Assembly: GCA_900754515.1 (NCBI GenBank)
Contig: CAAEDD010000197.1
Span: 1 to 58,299 of the forward strand
Direction: 5' to 3'
DNA length: 58,299 bases
From: an uncultured Oscillospiraceae bacterium
GTDB taxonomy: Bacteria > Bacillota > Clostridia > Oscillospirales > Oscillospiraceae
A program made the position numbers and the translations under genes. The notes below the pieces were generated by a model that saw only the letters and a list, made by a program, of their open reading frames with translations, made no database searches and was not told the origin of the DNA. Below, in pieces: positions 1 through 8,146 of this stretch. The number at the start of each line of letters is the position of its first letter. The first letter of the stretch is position 1.

Positions 1-15
1 GCAGCCTATAAAATT

Positions 16-45
16 GTGACGGCATGGAAAACTCCATGCCGTCAC
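16..45 (-). terminator. Terminator-type hairpin downstream of agrB
   Basis: Perfect 13-bp inverted repeat GTGACGGCATGGA / TCCATGCCGTCAC with a 4-nt loop. On the minus strand it is followed by AATTTTAT. It lies about 117 nt past the agrB stop. Confidence 0.55.
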
Positions 46-161
46 GGTTTCGTACAGTTTATCTCTTCCTGAGCTACTTTTTAGATCAACGGCTCAACGG
101 CCATATCGAGGAAGACCATGGCAATGCCAACGGCAAACAGATTTTAGATCTGTTGATCCTG

Positions 162-746
162 TCAGCTATCCGGGTTTCTTTCGGCTGCTTTACCTGTAAT
201 CAATAAAAGGCATTCAAGAAACAGGCTGATCACACAAGGATAAAAAATCCTGTCCATGTCAAAAATAAGTCCGAGAATGGCGGCAGTAAAGATGATGAAT
301 GTAAATATTATAGATTTCTTTTTATATTCCTTTTTCTCCTCTTGCGTAAGCCGCTTTGCCTCAGTATCCAGAGGGCTCAACCATAAGATACATACGGCGC
401 TGAGAACAAGCATGACTAACGGCAGTGCCACACTGGAAAAAGCCATAAACAGTTTTATGCACACAACAGCAAGCAGCATCGCCAGCGAAGTGCACAGAGT
501 GCAAGTGCTTTCCTTTGAAGCATGTACTCCACCGGCATATCCCCTTATCAGGGAAAAAGCGACATAAAACAGTATGCTCTCAACTGCAACGCCCAACAAT
601 ATGCCGTAAAAGGCCGCAAGCAGGAGGAAAAAGATTTGAGAAAAGAGCATGAAAAAGCCGTAGATATATACTTCTCTGTCATCCTGCGTAATACTGCCGT
701 GAGGGAAAAGTGAATCTACGGCTTTTTCTGAGAGCCGGGAAATCAT
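162..746 (-). CDS. agrB: AgrB-family accessory gene regulator B (membrane cysteine endopeptidase that processes AgrD)
   Basis: 194-aa polytopic membrane protein. It carries the AgrB signature IRGYAGGVHASKESTC (catalytic His and Cys spacing as in S. aureus AgrB RRHAHGAHAPSSFWC) and a basic loop SPLDTEAKRLTQEEKKEYKKK. Its ATG overlaps the stop of a small Cys-containing ORF. Confidence 0.85.
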   Translation of the reverse strand: MISRLSEKAVDSLFPHGSITQDDREVYIYGFFMLFSQIFFLLLAAFYGILLGVAVESILFYVAFSLIRGYAGGVHASKESTCTLCTSLAMLLAVVCIKLFMAFSSVALPLVMLVLSAVCILWLSPLDTEAKRLTQEEKKEYKKKSIIFTFIIFTAAILGLIFDMDRIFYPCVISLFLECLLLITGKAAERNPDS

Positions 747-892
747 TTCTGGTGGTTCTTGAAACGGCTGAGGCTTGCGGGCGCTTTGGGCTGATAAATG
801 GCATAGCAGGTTGTTCTATTCGCGTCACGCTTCAAAGCGCTCTCAGCAGCAGCTTTTGCTGCCTTTGCGGCAAACATTTTTACGTTCTTCAT
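743..892 (-). CDS. agrD: AgrD-like autoinducing-peptide precursor (49 aa), absent from the ORF track
   Basis: Hand translation of the minus strand gives MKNVKMFAAKAAKAAAESALKRDANRTTCYAIYQPKAPASLSRFKNHQK. The RBS GGAGGTGAG lies 4 nt upstream of the ATG at 892. The stop TGA overlaps the agrB ATG (ATGA at 743-746). There is a single Cys followed by four residues, then a QPKAP tail. Confidence 0.7.
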   Translation of the reverse strand: MKNVKMFAAKAAKAAAESALKRDANRTTCYAIYQPKAPASLSRFKNHQK

Positions 893-952
893 CTATCTCA
901 CCTCCTCGGCCAGAAGTTTACCATAATCCGGGTTAAATTCAATGTACTTTGC

Positions 953-986
953 AAAAATGCAGAAAAAAACTGTAAAAATGCGGAAA
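953..986. promoter_or_regulatory. Candidate LytTR (AgrA-like) binding site: two 13-nt direct repeats with 21-bp phasing
   Basis: AAAAATGCAGAAA (953-965) and AAAAATGCGGAAA (974-986) match at 12/13 positions, with starts 21 bp apart. They sit in the divergent agrDB / xre-RR-HK intergenic region. Confidence 0.4.
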
Positions 987-1110
987 TTCATTGTTTGATA
1001 GATATGTAAATTTTTCTACGGATTATTAATTGTCTTATAGATATAATCTATATCACTTTGTTTATTTTGCAAAATTTGGATGATAACATACCCCCAAGTG
1101 GTGATGTTGA

Positions 1111-1434
1111 ATGAAATTGGACAAGAAGCTTATCGGCACACGGATCATGCAGCGGCGCAAGGCCTGCGGCTATACACAGGAGCAGCTGGCCGAGCTTGTG
1201 GGGTTATCCAAAAATCATATTTCCAGCGTTGAAAGAGGTGTCAGCGTACCTACTACTCAGTTCATTTTCAAGATATGTGAGATACTGGGTGAAACTCCGG
1301 ATTACTATCTCATAGGCAAGGCAACGGATAAGACCGACGAAATTACAGACATGATAAAAAGTCTGCCCCCCGATGCCCAGAAAATTGCCGGAAAATTGAT
1401 AGAAACTTATATAGACACCATCCGCAGTATTTGA
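1111..1434 (+). CDS. XRE-family (Cro/C1-type) helix-turn-helix transcriptional regulator
   Basis: The N-terminal HTH block GYTQEQLAELVGLSKNHISSVERG is typical of the HTH_XRE family. 107 aa. Confidence 0.85.
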   Translation: MKLDKKLIGTRIMQRRKACGYTQEQLAELVGLSKNHISSVERGVSVPTTQFIFKICEILGETPDYYLIGKATDKTDEITDMIKSLPPDAQKIAGKLIETYIDTIRSI

Positions 1435-1456
1435 CGGTGTTTGTCCAAAATGTTAG

Positions 1457-1501
1457 AATGAGAGCGCAGGAAAAGCAAATATCCGTGCGCTCTCATTTTT
1501 T
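1457..1501 (+). terminator. Strong intrinsic terminator between the xre gene and the response-regulator gene
   Basis: 12-bp perfect stem AATGAGAGCGCA / TGCGCTCTCATT, 17-nt loop, then a T-run. It ends about 27 nt before the RR start codon. Confidence 0.7.
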
Positions 1502-1527
1502 ATTTATAAATAGTTGGGGGGGATAAT

Positions 1528-2226
1528 ATGAGGATACTTATTTGCGACGATGAACCCTGCTATCTTGAGGAGCTGTATACCCACGTAAGGGAATATATGA
1601 AAAACCGCTTTATAGACTGCGAGATAGTAAAGACTACAGATCCTATGAGCGTTGCGGAGAGTGATGACAGGTTCGACCTGGCATTTCTGGACATACAGAT
1701 GAGCCGTCTTGACGGAATATCTCTGGCCAGGGAACTCAGGCGACGCAACAGCAAGCTTGCACTGTTCTTTGTCACTAATTATGATGAATACCAGGACGAT
1801 GCCATGGATCTCCGGGCCTTCCGGTATTTTGAAAAACCATTTAATGTAAACCGCCTGTATGCGGGGCTCGATAAGGCAATGGAATACATAGACGGGGCAT
1901 ATGTAGACATATTTATGAGCAGCAACGGCACCCAGCGCCGCATACTGGTTGACGACATCATGTATGTCATGCGGGATAACCGCCATGTGGTGATGGTCAC
2001 AGTCCACGGTAGTTTTATAACAAGGGAGAGTTTTGACGGCTGGTGCAGCAGGCTGCCGGCTCTGTTTTTCTATCAGGTGCACAACTCTTTTCTGGTAAAC
2101 CTGCATTATGTGATGACATACTCTTACTCCGAACTTGTCCTGACGGACGAAACACGGATATCCATAGCTTCCCGCAAGCAGGCAGCCTTTCGGAAATACT
2201 GGTTTGAGTATTTAAGGAGGAGATAG
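1528..2226 (+). CDS. LytTR-family response regulator (AgrA-like)
   Basis: Receiver domain (MRILICDDE..., DLAFLDIQM) plus a C-terminal LytTR-type DNA-binding region (ILVDDIMYV..., FFYQVHNSFLVNL). A G-rich RBS lies upstream. Confidence 0.9.
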   Translation: MRILICDDEPCYLEELYTHVREYMKNRFIDCEIVKTTDPMSVAESDDRFDLAFLDIQMSRLDGISLARELRRRNSKLALFFVTNYDEYQDDAMDLRAFRYFEKPFNVNRLYAGLDKAMEYIDGAYVDIFMSSNGTQRRILVDDIMYVMRDNRHVVMVTVHGSFITRESFDGWCSRLPALFFYQVHNSFLVNLHYVMTYSYSELVLTDETRISIASRKQAAFRKYWFEYLRRR

Positions 2227-2228
2227 GC

Positions 2229-3521
2229 GTGCTGAGTTTTGTATCCTCTTCTCTTGTATACTTTTTTGAAATGCTTATCTCATATATTGTGTTTTTGTCA
2301 ATATGGGAGAAGAAACACGGCACGCTAATTATACTTATAGTAGGCTTTGCTATTTATGAGTGCGGAGCAGTTATTAATCTTATTGGAGCGAACACAATAT
2401 GGATTAATTCATTGTTTTTTATTTTATCTACCTTTATTTTTGCAGTCTCATGCTTTCATATTTCATACCGGGAAGCAGCCGTATATACAATACTCATGAA
2501 CATTTTTGTAGCTGCTTTTGAGTTTGCCACAATATTTGCTGTGTCTGCATTATCTGGCGCCTCAATTACCGGTTACAATTATGATCAATCATTGTTGCTG
2601 ATGGAAGCGTCAATCAGCAAAACCCTATACCTGATTTCCTGCATTATTCTTGTCCGTCTGCGCCGCCGCGGCACATCACTTGACAAGGTTCCACGGAGCT
2701 TCTATTTTTTCCCGATTTGTATTCTCTTTTCTCTGGTGTCCTTCTGGTATATAAGTGCCCACGAGTCCCTGAACCATTTCGATCAGATACTGCTCTCAGT
2801 TACCAGCATCGTGCTTTTCGGGGCCACGGTTCTGCTGTTTATCTCCTATCAGCACGGCATTAAAAGGGACATAGAATATCTTCAGATAAAAAGCGAGAAT
2901 GACCGGCTTCAGCTGGAGAAAGCATACTACGATATTCTTGAGCGGCAAAACCAGCAGCTGATGATATACAGTCATGATACCAAAAACCATCTGGCTGCCA
3001 TACGAAGTCTCAGCACCGACCCGGGCATAAATGCCTACATACAAAAATTGCTGGACCAGCTGAGCAGCTATACCAATAGCTGTCACAGCGGCAACAAAAT
3101 ACTGGACGTAATAATCAACAAATACGTAACCGAATGTGAGCTTCGCGGCGTAGCCTTTGATTATGACATCAAGTCATGCAATCTGGGCAGTGTGGAGGAT
3201 ACAGATCTTGTATCAATTCTCGGGAACCTGATGGATAACGCCCTCACAGCCGCTGAGAAGTCCCGCGAGAAACATATATTATTGGAGACCACTGTCAGGA
3301 ATTCCTACAGCGTTATAATTATAAGCAACAGCTGTGACCAGAGGCCGGAAGCCAGAGAGGCGCATCTGCTGACCACAAAAGAAGAAAAGCATCTGCATGG
3401 CTTCGGTCTGAAGAGCGTTAAAAAAACCCTGAAGAAATATCAGGGAGACTATAGCTGGGACTATTATGAAAGCAGGCATGTCTTTGTTGTCACCGTGATG
3501 ATAGGCAACGCCGGCAGATGA
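2229..3521 (+). CDS. AgrC-like (HPK10-type) membrane sensor histidine kinase
   Basis: GTG start 6 nt after the RBS AAGGAGGAG. Multi-TM N-terminus. H-box YSHDTKNHLAAI, N-box GNLMDNALTAA, G-box HGFGLKSVKK. Confidence 0.85.
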   Translation: MLSFVSSSLVYFFEMLISYIVFLSIWEKKHGTLIILIVGFAIYECGAVINLIGANTIWINSLFFILSTFIFAVSCFHISYREAAVYTILMNIFVAAFEFATIFAVSALSGASITGYNYDQSLLLMEASISKTLYLISCIILVRLRRRGTSLDKVPRSFYFFPICILFSLVSFWYISAHESLNHFDQILLSVTSIVLFGATVLLFISYQHGIKRDIEYLQIKSENDRLQLEKAYYDILERQNQQLMIYSHDTKNHLAAIRSLSTDPGINAYIQKLLDQLSSYTNSCHSGNKILDVIINKYVTECELRGVAFDYDIKSCNLGSVEDTDLVSILGNLMDNALTAAEKSREKHILLETTVRNSYSVIIISNSCDQRPEAREAHLLTTKEEKHLHGFGLKSVKKTLKKYQGDYSWDYYESRHVFVVTVMIGNAGR

Positions 3522-3573
3522 GCGGCTTTTTCTTCTCTCTGCGGACAACCGGACAGTTCAATATATGAGATGT

Positions 3574-3612
3574 CCCGGGGCCGGGGAGAGCTAACTGCTC
3601 CCCGGCCCCGGG
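3574..3612. terminator. GC-rich hairpin between convergent operons
   Basis: 15-bp perfect stem CCCGGGGCCGGGGAG / CTCCCCGGCCCCGGG with a 9-nt loop, 53 nt after the kinase stop. Confidence 0.6.
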
Positions 3613-3775
3613 GCTTTCCACATACTTTTACTGGCCCTTCCCAAATCCGGGAAGTTCAGCGCAAATCAAGACAGCTCCGGGCATCTAATACAAACACACC
3701 CTTACTTCCATGCAGGCCAGTGCCGCTGATCAGTCCAAGCATTAAATTATAATTTCTCTGAAGCTCAGGATAAAT

Positions 3776-4405
3776 TCAAAGCTTTTCCGATAACTCCCTG
3801 AGCAGTCTCTCGGCTTTATCCGTATTGAATATACCGCAGGCACAGGGTTCAGACAGCTTTACTGCCGCTTTTCTCGGCGTAGTAATACCCTTGCGGATAT
3901 CTTCAATCATCTTATTGACCAGATTTGCAGATACCATGGCATGGCCGCACATGGTGGTAATCTCAAGCACACTTTCCGGCGGCAGTTTCGACGTGTCTCC
4001 CCATATGCCAAGGGTCAGGTCCACACTGTGCCGCTGAATTCCAGAACTTTTGGCACAGCAGTCCACATCATCCACCAGTCCGGATACTACCACAGAATAC
4101 CCATAGTCAGCCTCTTTGAGGGCCTTCATAACTTCGATAAGGGTATCCCTGTCTTTGTACACCGCATGGAGCATGGGTGCATCCTCAGACACATTTTCCA
4201 TTAGTTCCTCAAAACTGTTGGTGACAAGAGTGCCTATCTTCAGTCCGCCCATATTTACCGGATTAAAGGAATACAGCAACTTCATATACTTTCTGTACAC
4301 GTTTACGCAGTCTTGATTGTTAATGCCTCTGGCCGGCATTATAAGTACCACGTAGTCATCCGTTTTCCCTGACTCTGTTTTTATGCGATGAAGGGTATGC
4401 GACAT
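3776..4405 (-). CDS. Unassigned Cys/His-motif protein (module copy 1, small partner)
   Basis: 209 aa starting MSHTLHR. Blocks shared with the paralog at 19413-20045: LKEAD.G.S.VVSGL, a CC pair, LG[IV]WG, TTMCGH[AG]M and C-x-C-x-IFNT. Its ATG overlaps the upstream stop (TAATG). Confidence 0.7.
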   Translation of the reverse strand: MSHTLHRIKTESGKTDDYVVLIMPARGINNQDCVNVYRKYMKLLYSFNPVNMGGLKIGTLVTNSFEELMENVSEDAPMLHAVYKDRDTLIEVMKALKEADYGYSVVVSGLVDDVDCCAKSSGIQRHSVDLTLGIWGDTSKLPPESVLEITTMCGHAMVSANLVNKMIEDIRKGITTPRKAAVKLSEPCACGIFNTDKAERLLRELSEKL

Positions 4406-5154
4406 TAAACTCCCTCCTTTACTCTTTCCTCATATCTGGGCCTTCCCAGTCCCAAATTCGTCTTTGCAGAGGTTCTGTCTACATTGATACCCAGCTCATC
4501 CACAATAGCCCTAGCGGGTATGGTATCCGTATCCTCGTCAACACGGCAGATTATGCACAGACTGAATACCGTGTTTACTTCATGTGACACCTTTTCGAGA
4601 GCTTCCAACACGGCTCTTATTCTGTCGGTGGGACAGGTAAACTCTATAATACCAGACAGTATGCGTTCGCCCAGCACCGATGGATCCAACTTTCCCGTCT
4701 TTTTATCTACGATTAGGGATGTGACAGGGTTGTTCTCCTCAAATTTCAAAGCAAAGGGAGCAACTGCCATTGCCACCTTTTCCAGATCCGCAAAGGAAGA
4801 TGTCACGCTGGGCCTACCCATCTCTACTGCAAAAGACACGTAGTCCAAGCTATGTACTACACCGGTCACGTCGTTTGTCTTGACCTCCTCAGTGCCACGT
4901 CCCATATGTTTTTGAACAGTATTCTCATGCTTTCCAAAAGGATCGCTGAAAGCCTGTCTGTACACTCTTGGGGGTGACAGCTTGACATTATATATGGCGT
5001 CTCTGGGACATTTGGCACAGGTTCTGCATACACCGCACTCCACACACAGCTCCAGCTCAATGGTAATAGCCCCATCTTTTTCCTTTATCGCTCCGCAGGG
5101 ACAATACGGTATGCATTTTCTGCATCTAATGCATTTGCTCTCGTCTATATACAT
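4405..5154 (-). CDS. 2x[4Fe-4S] ferredoxin-domain protein with an unassigned ~170-aa C-terminal domain (module copy 1, large partner)
   Basis: N-terminal motifs CIRCRKCIPYCP and CVECGVCRTCAKCP. Then conserved blocks GRGTEEVKTNDVT and EMGRP shared with the paralog at 20050-20760. Confidence 0.8.
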   Translation of the reverse strand: MYIDESKCIRCRKCIPYCPCGAIKEKDGAITIELELCVECGVCRTCAKCPRDAIYNVKLSPPRVYRQAFSDPFGKHENTVQKHMGRGTEEVKTNDVTGVVHSLDYVSFAVEMGRPSVTSSFADLEKVAMAVAPFALKFEENNPVTSLIVDKKTGKLDPSVLGERILSGIIEFTCPTDRIRAVLEALEKVSHEVNTVFSLCIICRVDEDTDTIPARAIVDELGINVDRTSAKTNLGLGRPRYEERVKEGV

Positions 5155-5177
5155 CCTGTTCTCCTATACCTAGTAGT

Positions 5178-6080
5178 TTATTTGCATATGGCTTTTAGGA
5201 CAGCGTAACGCTCATCCACCTGCCGCTGGATATCGTCCAGCTGCTTACGGCTGAGTTTTCTGAACTTTCCAATGTCGGTTGTAAACTCCTGTACCGATAT
5301 GGGCGCATTGTTTATATAATTGAGTTTAAAGCCATCACTGTCTTTTTCCCATAGCGGGAACATATTTGATCTTACAGCCTTCTTGGATATCTGTATTGTT
5401 TGATCCTGCGGAAAGCTCCAGCCGGTCGGGCAGGGGCTGAACACGTGGAGATAAGCAAAACCCCGCTTGCTGGCCGCCAGTCCTTTCTGCACTTTCTCTA
5501 CAAAGTCTTTCATATATCCAGGCGTAGCCGCAGCACAGTATTCGATGCCATGCATAGCCATAATCAACGGCAGATATTTCTGCCCCTGCTGCTTTCCTGA
5601 GATACGGCTGCCCAGAGGAGTGGTGGAGGTTCGGGACCCCTCTGTAGTGGTGGAGCTGCGCTGATAACCGGTGTTCATGTAACCTTCGTTGTCATAGCAG
5701 ACATACAGCATTTTTTCTCCTCGCTCAGCTGCTCCGGACAGGCTTTGGAAACCGCAATCGGCAGTGGCCCCGTCTCCGGCAACCGCAACAATATTTACAT
5801 CCCCCCGGCCATAACGTTCATATATATGGCTTATCCCAGTCATAAAGGATGCAGTATTATCCAGCAACGGAATATGTACAGGTATTTTCATTCCGCTATC
5901 GTAGCTCCATCCCACGACTCCACTACCTGCCATACAGCCTGGGGGTACACAGACAATAGTATTCTCGCCCGCTATTTGCAGCACTCTGCGTAAAACCAGT
6001 TCTCCTCCGCAGCCCTGACATGCAGATATGCCCGGTGATACCATGTCAGCACGGTCTCTTATTATATCGATGTAACTCAT
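5178..6080 (-). CDS. 2-oxoacid:ferredoxin oxidoreductase, beta (TPP-binding) subunit
   Basis: CQGCGG near the N-terminus and the TPP-binding motif GDGATADCGFQSL...NEGYMNTG. Last of four adjacent OFOR subunit genes. Confidence 0.9.
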   Translation of the reverse strand: MSYIDIIRDRADMVSPGISACQGCGGELVLRRVLQIAGENTIVCVPPGCMAGSGVVGWSYDSGMKIPVHIPLLDNTASFMTGISHIYERYGRGDVNIVAVAGDGATADCGFQSLSGAAERGEKMLYVCYDNEGYMNTGYQRSSTTTEGSRTSTTPLGSRISGKQQGQKYLPLIMAMHGIEYCAAATPGYMKDFVEKVQKGLAASKRGFAYLHVFSPCPTGWSFPQDQTIQISKKAVRSNMFPLWEKDSDGFKLNYINNAPISVQEFTTDIGKFRKLSRKQLDDIQRQVDERYAVLKAICK

Positions 6081-6081
6081 T

Positions 6082-7275
6082 TTACGCCCCTTCCTGCTCT
6101 TTCATTAGCCAGCGTGTCTCCTTCTCACCTGGAAAACCTTTAACGCTGTCCAGATACATGAGAGTATCCGTCAGATCTTTTACGGATATGTCTGCTCCGC
6201 CTAGGCCGCCGATAGTTGAAAAGCTGGCCTGCTTCTCTCCCAGACTTGAAATGGCCGACAAAGTCTCCACATACATGGATCCCTTTCCCCAGCCAAAGCT
6301 GACACTGCGATCCACCACAGTAAAGGCTTTCTTTCCTCTCAGTACCTGAGCTATCCTCTCGCTGGGGAACGGGCGGTAGAAACGTATTCTTACAAGCCCT
6401 GCTTTCACGCCCTGTGCTCTGACAATATCAACAGCATCCTTTCCTGCTCCTGTCATACCGCCCATTGTAACAATAACTACCTCTGCGTCTTCGCAAAGGT
6501 ACTCCTCTATCATGCCGCCATAAGAGCGGCCGAACACTGAGGCAAATTTCCCGTCAACTTCGTCTATAACCTGTTTCGCCCTCTCCATGGCATTCAGGTG
6601 GCTTTTGCGGTAGTGCATCAGCAGTTCGCCCGGAGTCATCGGATCCAGAGCCAGAGGATGCCTTGGATCCAGAATCGCCTGGTGATAAATACCATGGGCA
6701 GGCAGAACGTCATCCACTTCCTCCTGATCCGGAATTACTACGCCGGATGTCAGGTGTGAGCTGTAGAAGCCGTCATAGCAGACATTTACAGGCAGGCATA
6801 CCTCCGGATGTTCCGCTATCATATAGCCCTGTATTATCATGTCAACGATCTCCTGATTGTCGTCGCAGAACATCTGTATCCAACCAGCCTCCCGTACGGA
6901 GATGGCATCCTGTTGGCCGCTCCAAATGGTCTCCGGTGAGGTCATCTCTCTCGTTGCTATAGCCATCACCATAGGCAGGCGCAGTGTAGACATACGAAAA
7001 TATGGCTCATACATCAGTGCAAGGCCCTGGGCGCTGGTGGCAGTAAACACCCTGCCCCCGGCAGCAGCCGCTCCCTGCACAACGCTCATCGCACTATGCT
7101 CCGACTCAACCTGAACCATTTCCGAGTCTATCTCACCATTGTGTACTTTCTCTGCCAGATACTCCACTACAGATGACTGAGGGGTGATTGGATATGCGGA
7201 AATGAGATCAATGCGGCACCTTGCCGCCGCTTCGGCAGCCGCATAGTTGCCTGTCAGCACTTTCAGGCTTCCCAT
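6082..7275 (-). CDS. 2-oxoacid:ferredoxin oxidoreductase, alpha subunit
   Basis: The N-terminus LTGNYAAAEAAARCRIDLISAYPITPQS is typical of the PorA/VorA/KorA family. It ends 1 nt before the beta-subunit start. Confidence 0.9.
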   Translation of the reverse strand: MGSLKVLTGNYAAAEAAARCRIDLISAYPITPQSSVVEYLAEKVHNGEIDSEMVQVESEHSAMSVVQGAAAAGGRVFTATSAQGLALMYEPYFRMSTLRLPMVMAIATREMTSPETIWSGQQDAISVREAGWIQMFCDDNQEIVDMIIQGYMIAEHPEVCLPVNVCYDGFYSSHLTSGVVIPDQEEVDDVLPAHGIYHQAILDPRHPLALDPMTPGELLMHYRKSHLNAMERAKQVIDEVDGKFASVFGRSYGGMIEEYLCEDAEVVIVTMGGMTGAGKDAVDIVRAQGVKAGLVRIRFYRPFPSERIAQVLRGKKAFTVVDRSVSFGWGKGSMYVETLSAISSLGEKQASFSTIGGLGGADISVKDLTDTLMYLDSVKGFPGEKETRWLMKEQEGA

Positions 7276-7278
7276 GAC

Positions 7279-7542
7279 TTATTTCTCCTCCTTTATCATT
7301 GAGATGGCCTTTCTGGGGCATTCAACCGCACAGATACCGCATCCTTTGCAGTATGTATAATCTATATAATATCCCTGCCCTTCAGAATAGCGGGGGGAAT
7401 TTACCGGGCAGTAACTCAGACATATGCCGCAATTTGTGCACTTAGTCTTGTCTATCACCGGTCTGTATACCCGCCAGCTCGCAGTGTCAAGGACATACAT
7501 TCCCCTATTTCCAACAGGGGTCACAAATTCACGATCATACAT
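7279..7542 (-). CDS. 2-oxoacid:ferredoxin oxidoreductase, delta (2x[4Fe-4S]) subunit
   Basis: 87 aa with CTNCGICLSYCP and CKGCGICAVECP. Confidence 0.9.
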   Translation of the reverse strand: MYDREFVTPVGNRGMYVLDTASWRVYRPVIDKTKCTNCGICLSYCPVNSPRYSEGQGYYIDYTYCKGCGICAVECPRKAISMIKEEK

Positions 7543-8089
7543 TTTCTTTCCCTCCCCTCAGATAATTAACACTTTCGTAGGCTCTCTGCGCTGCCAACCG
7601 GTTGTCAGTGCCGAATTTATTCTCTATCTCCTCAAATAGCAGCTCTCTGTCCACCAGTCCCACAGTTCTGGCAAAAGCCCCCAGCATGGCTGTATTTGGC
7701 AGATTTTTCCCTAAAATATCCTCCGCAATGCCGCTGGCATCCACTGTCGCTACTATTCCGGCGCAATCGGGAACCATAAGCTCTTCCAAATTATGTACGC
7801 TGTTTATCAGCACCATTCCGCCTTTCTTTAAGCCAGAATATGTCTCCTTCATACCAACCAAAGTATCGTCCATGATAACTATTATGTCCGGCTCGTATAT
7901 CTGGGTCTTACGTCTGATTTGAGTTTCGCTCAGGCGAAGATAGCCGTACACCGGTGACCCCTTTCTTTCTACGCCAAAAAACGGAATAAATTGGCCGTGT
8001 ATCCCGCCCATTACGGCAGCCTTCACGATCATCTGAGAGGCTTTGACAACTCCCTGCCCGCCTCTGCCGTGCAACCGGATTTCTTTCAT
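7535..8089 (-). CDS. 2-oxoacid:ferredoxin oxidoreductase, gamma subunit
   Basis: MKEIRLHGRGGQGVV is a typical gamma-subunit start. The start is moved to the ATG at 8089, which has the RBS AAGGAG 6 nt upstream. It overlaps the delta gene by 8 nt. Confidence 0.9.
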   Translation of the reverse strand: MKEIRLHGRGGQGVVKASQMIVKAAVMGGIHGQFIPFFGVERKGSPVYGYLRLSETQIRRKTQIYEPDIIVIMDDTLVGMKETYSGLKKGGMVLINSVHNLEELMVPDCAGIVATVDASGIAEDILGKNLPNTAMLGAFARTVGLVDRELLFEEIENKFGTDNRLAAQRAYESVNYLRGGKENV

Positions 8090-8146
8090 TGTCTTCTCCT
8101 TTATACCCTTTGTTAACGCAGCCAATTACATATAGTCTGCAATTAT

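Noticed and set aside
24-206. 60-aa plus-strand ORF, and a search for agrD downstream of agrB (46-161)
   Set aside because: The plus-strand ORF overlaps the agrB 3' end and the terminator hairpin. Minus-strand frames downstream of agrB give only 11-25-codon fragments without a start or RBS. The real AgrD-like ORF lies upstream, at 743-892.
3570-3752. 60-aa plus-strand ORF in the agr/operon intergenic region
   Set aside because: It starts inside the 15-bp GC hairpin terminator, is Arg/Pro-rich, and has no RBS.
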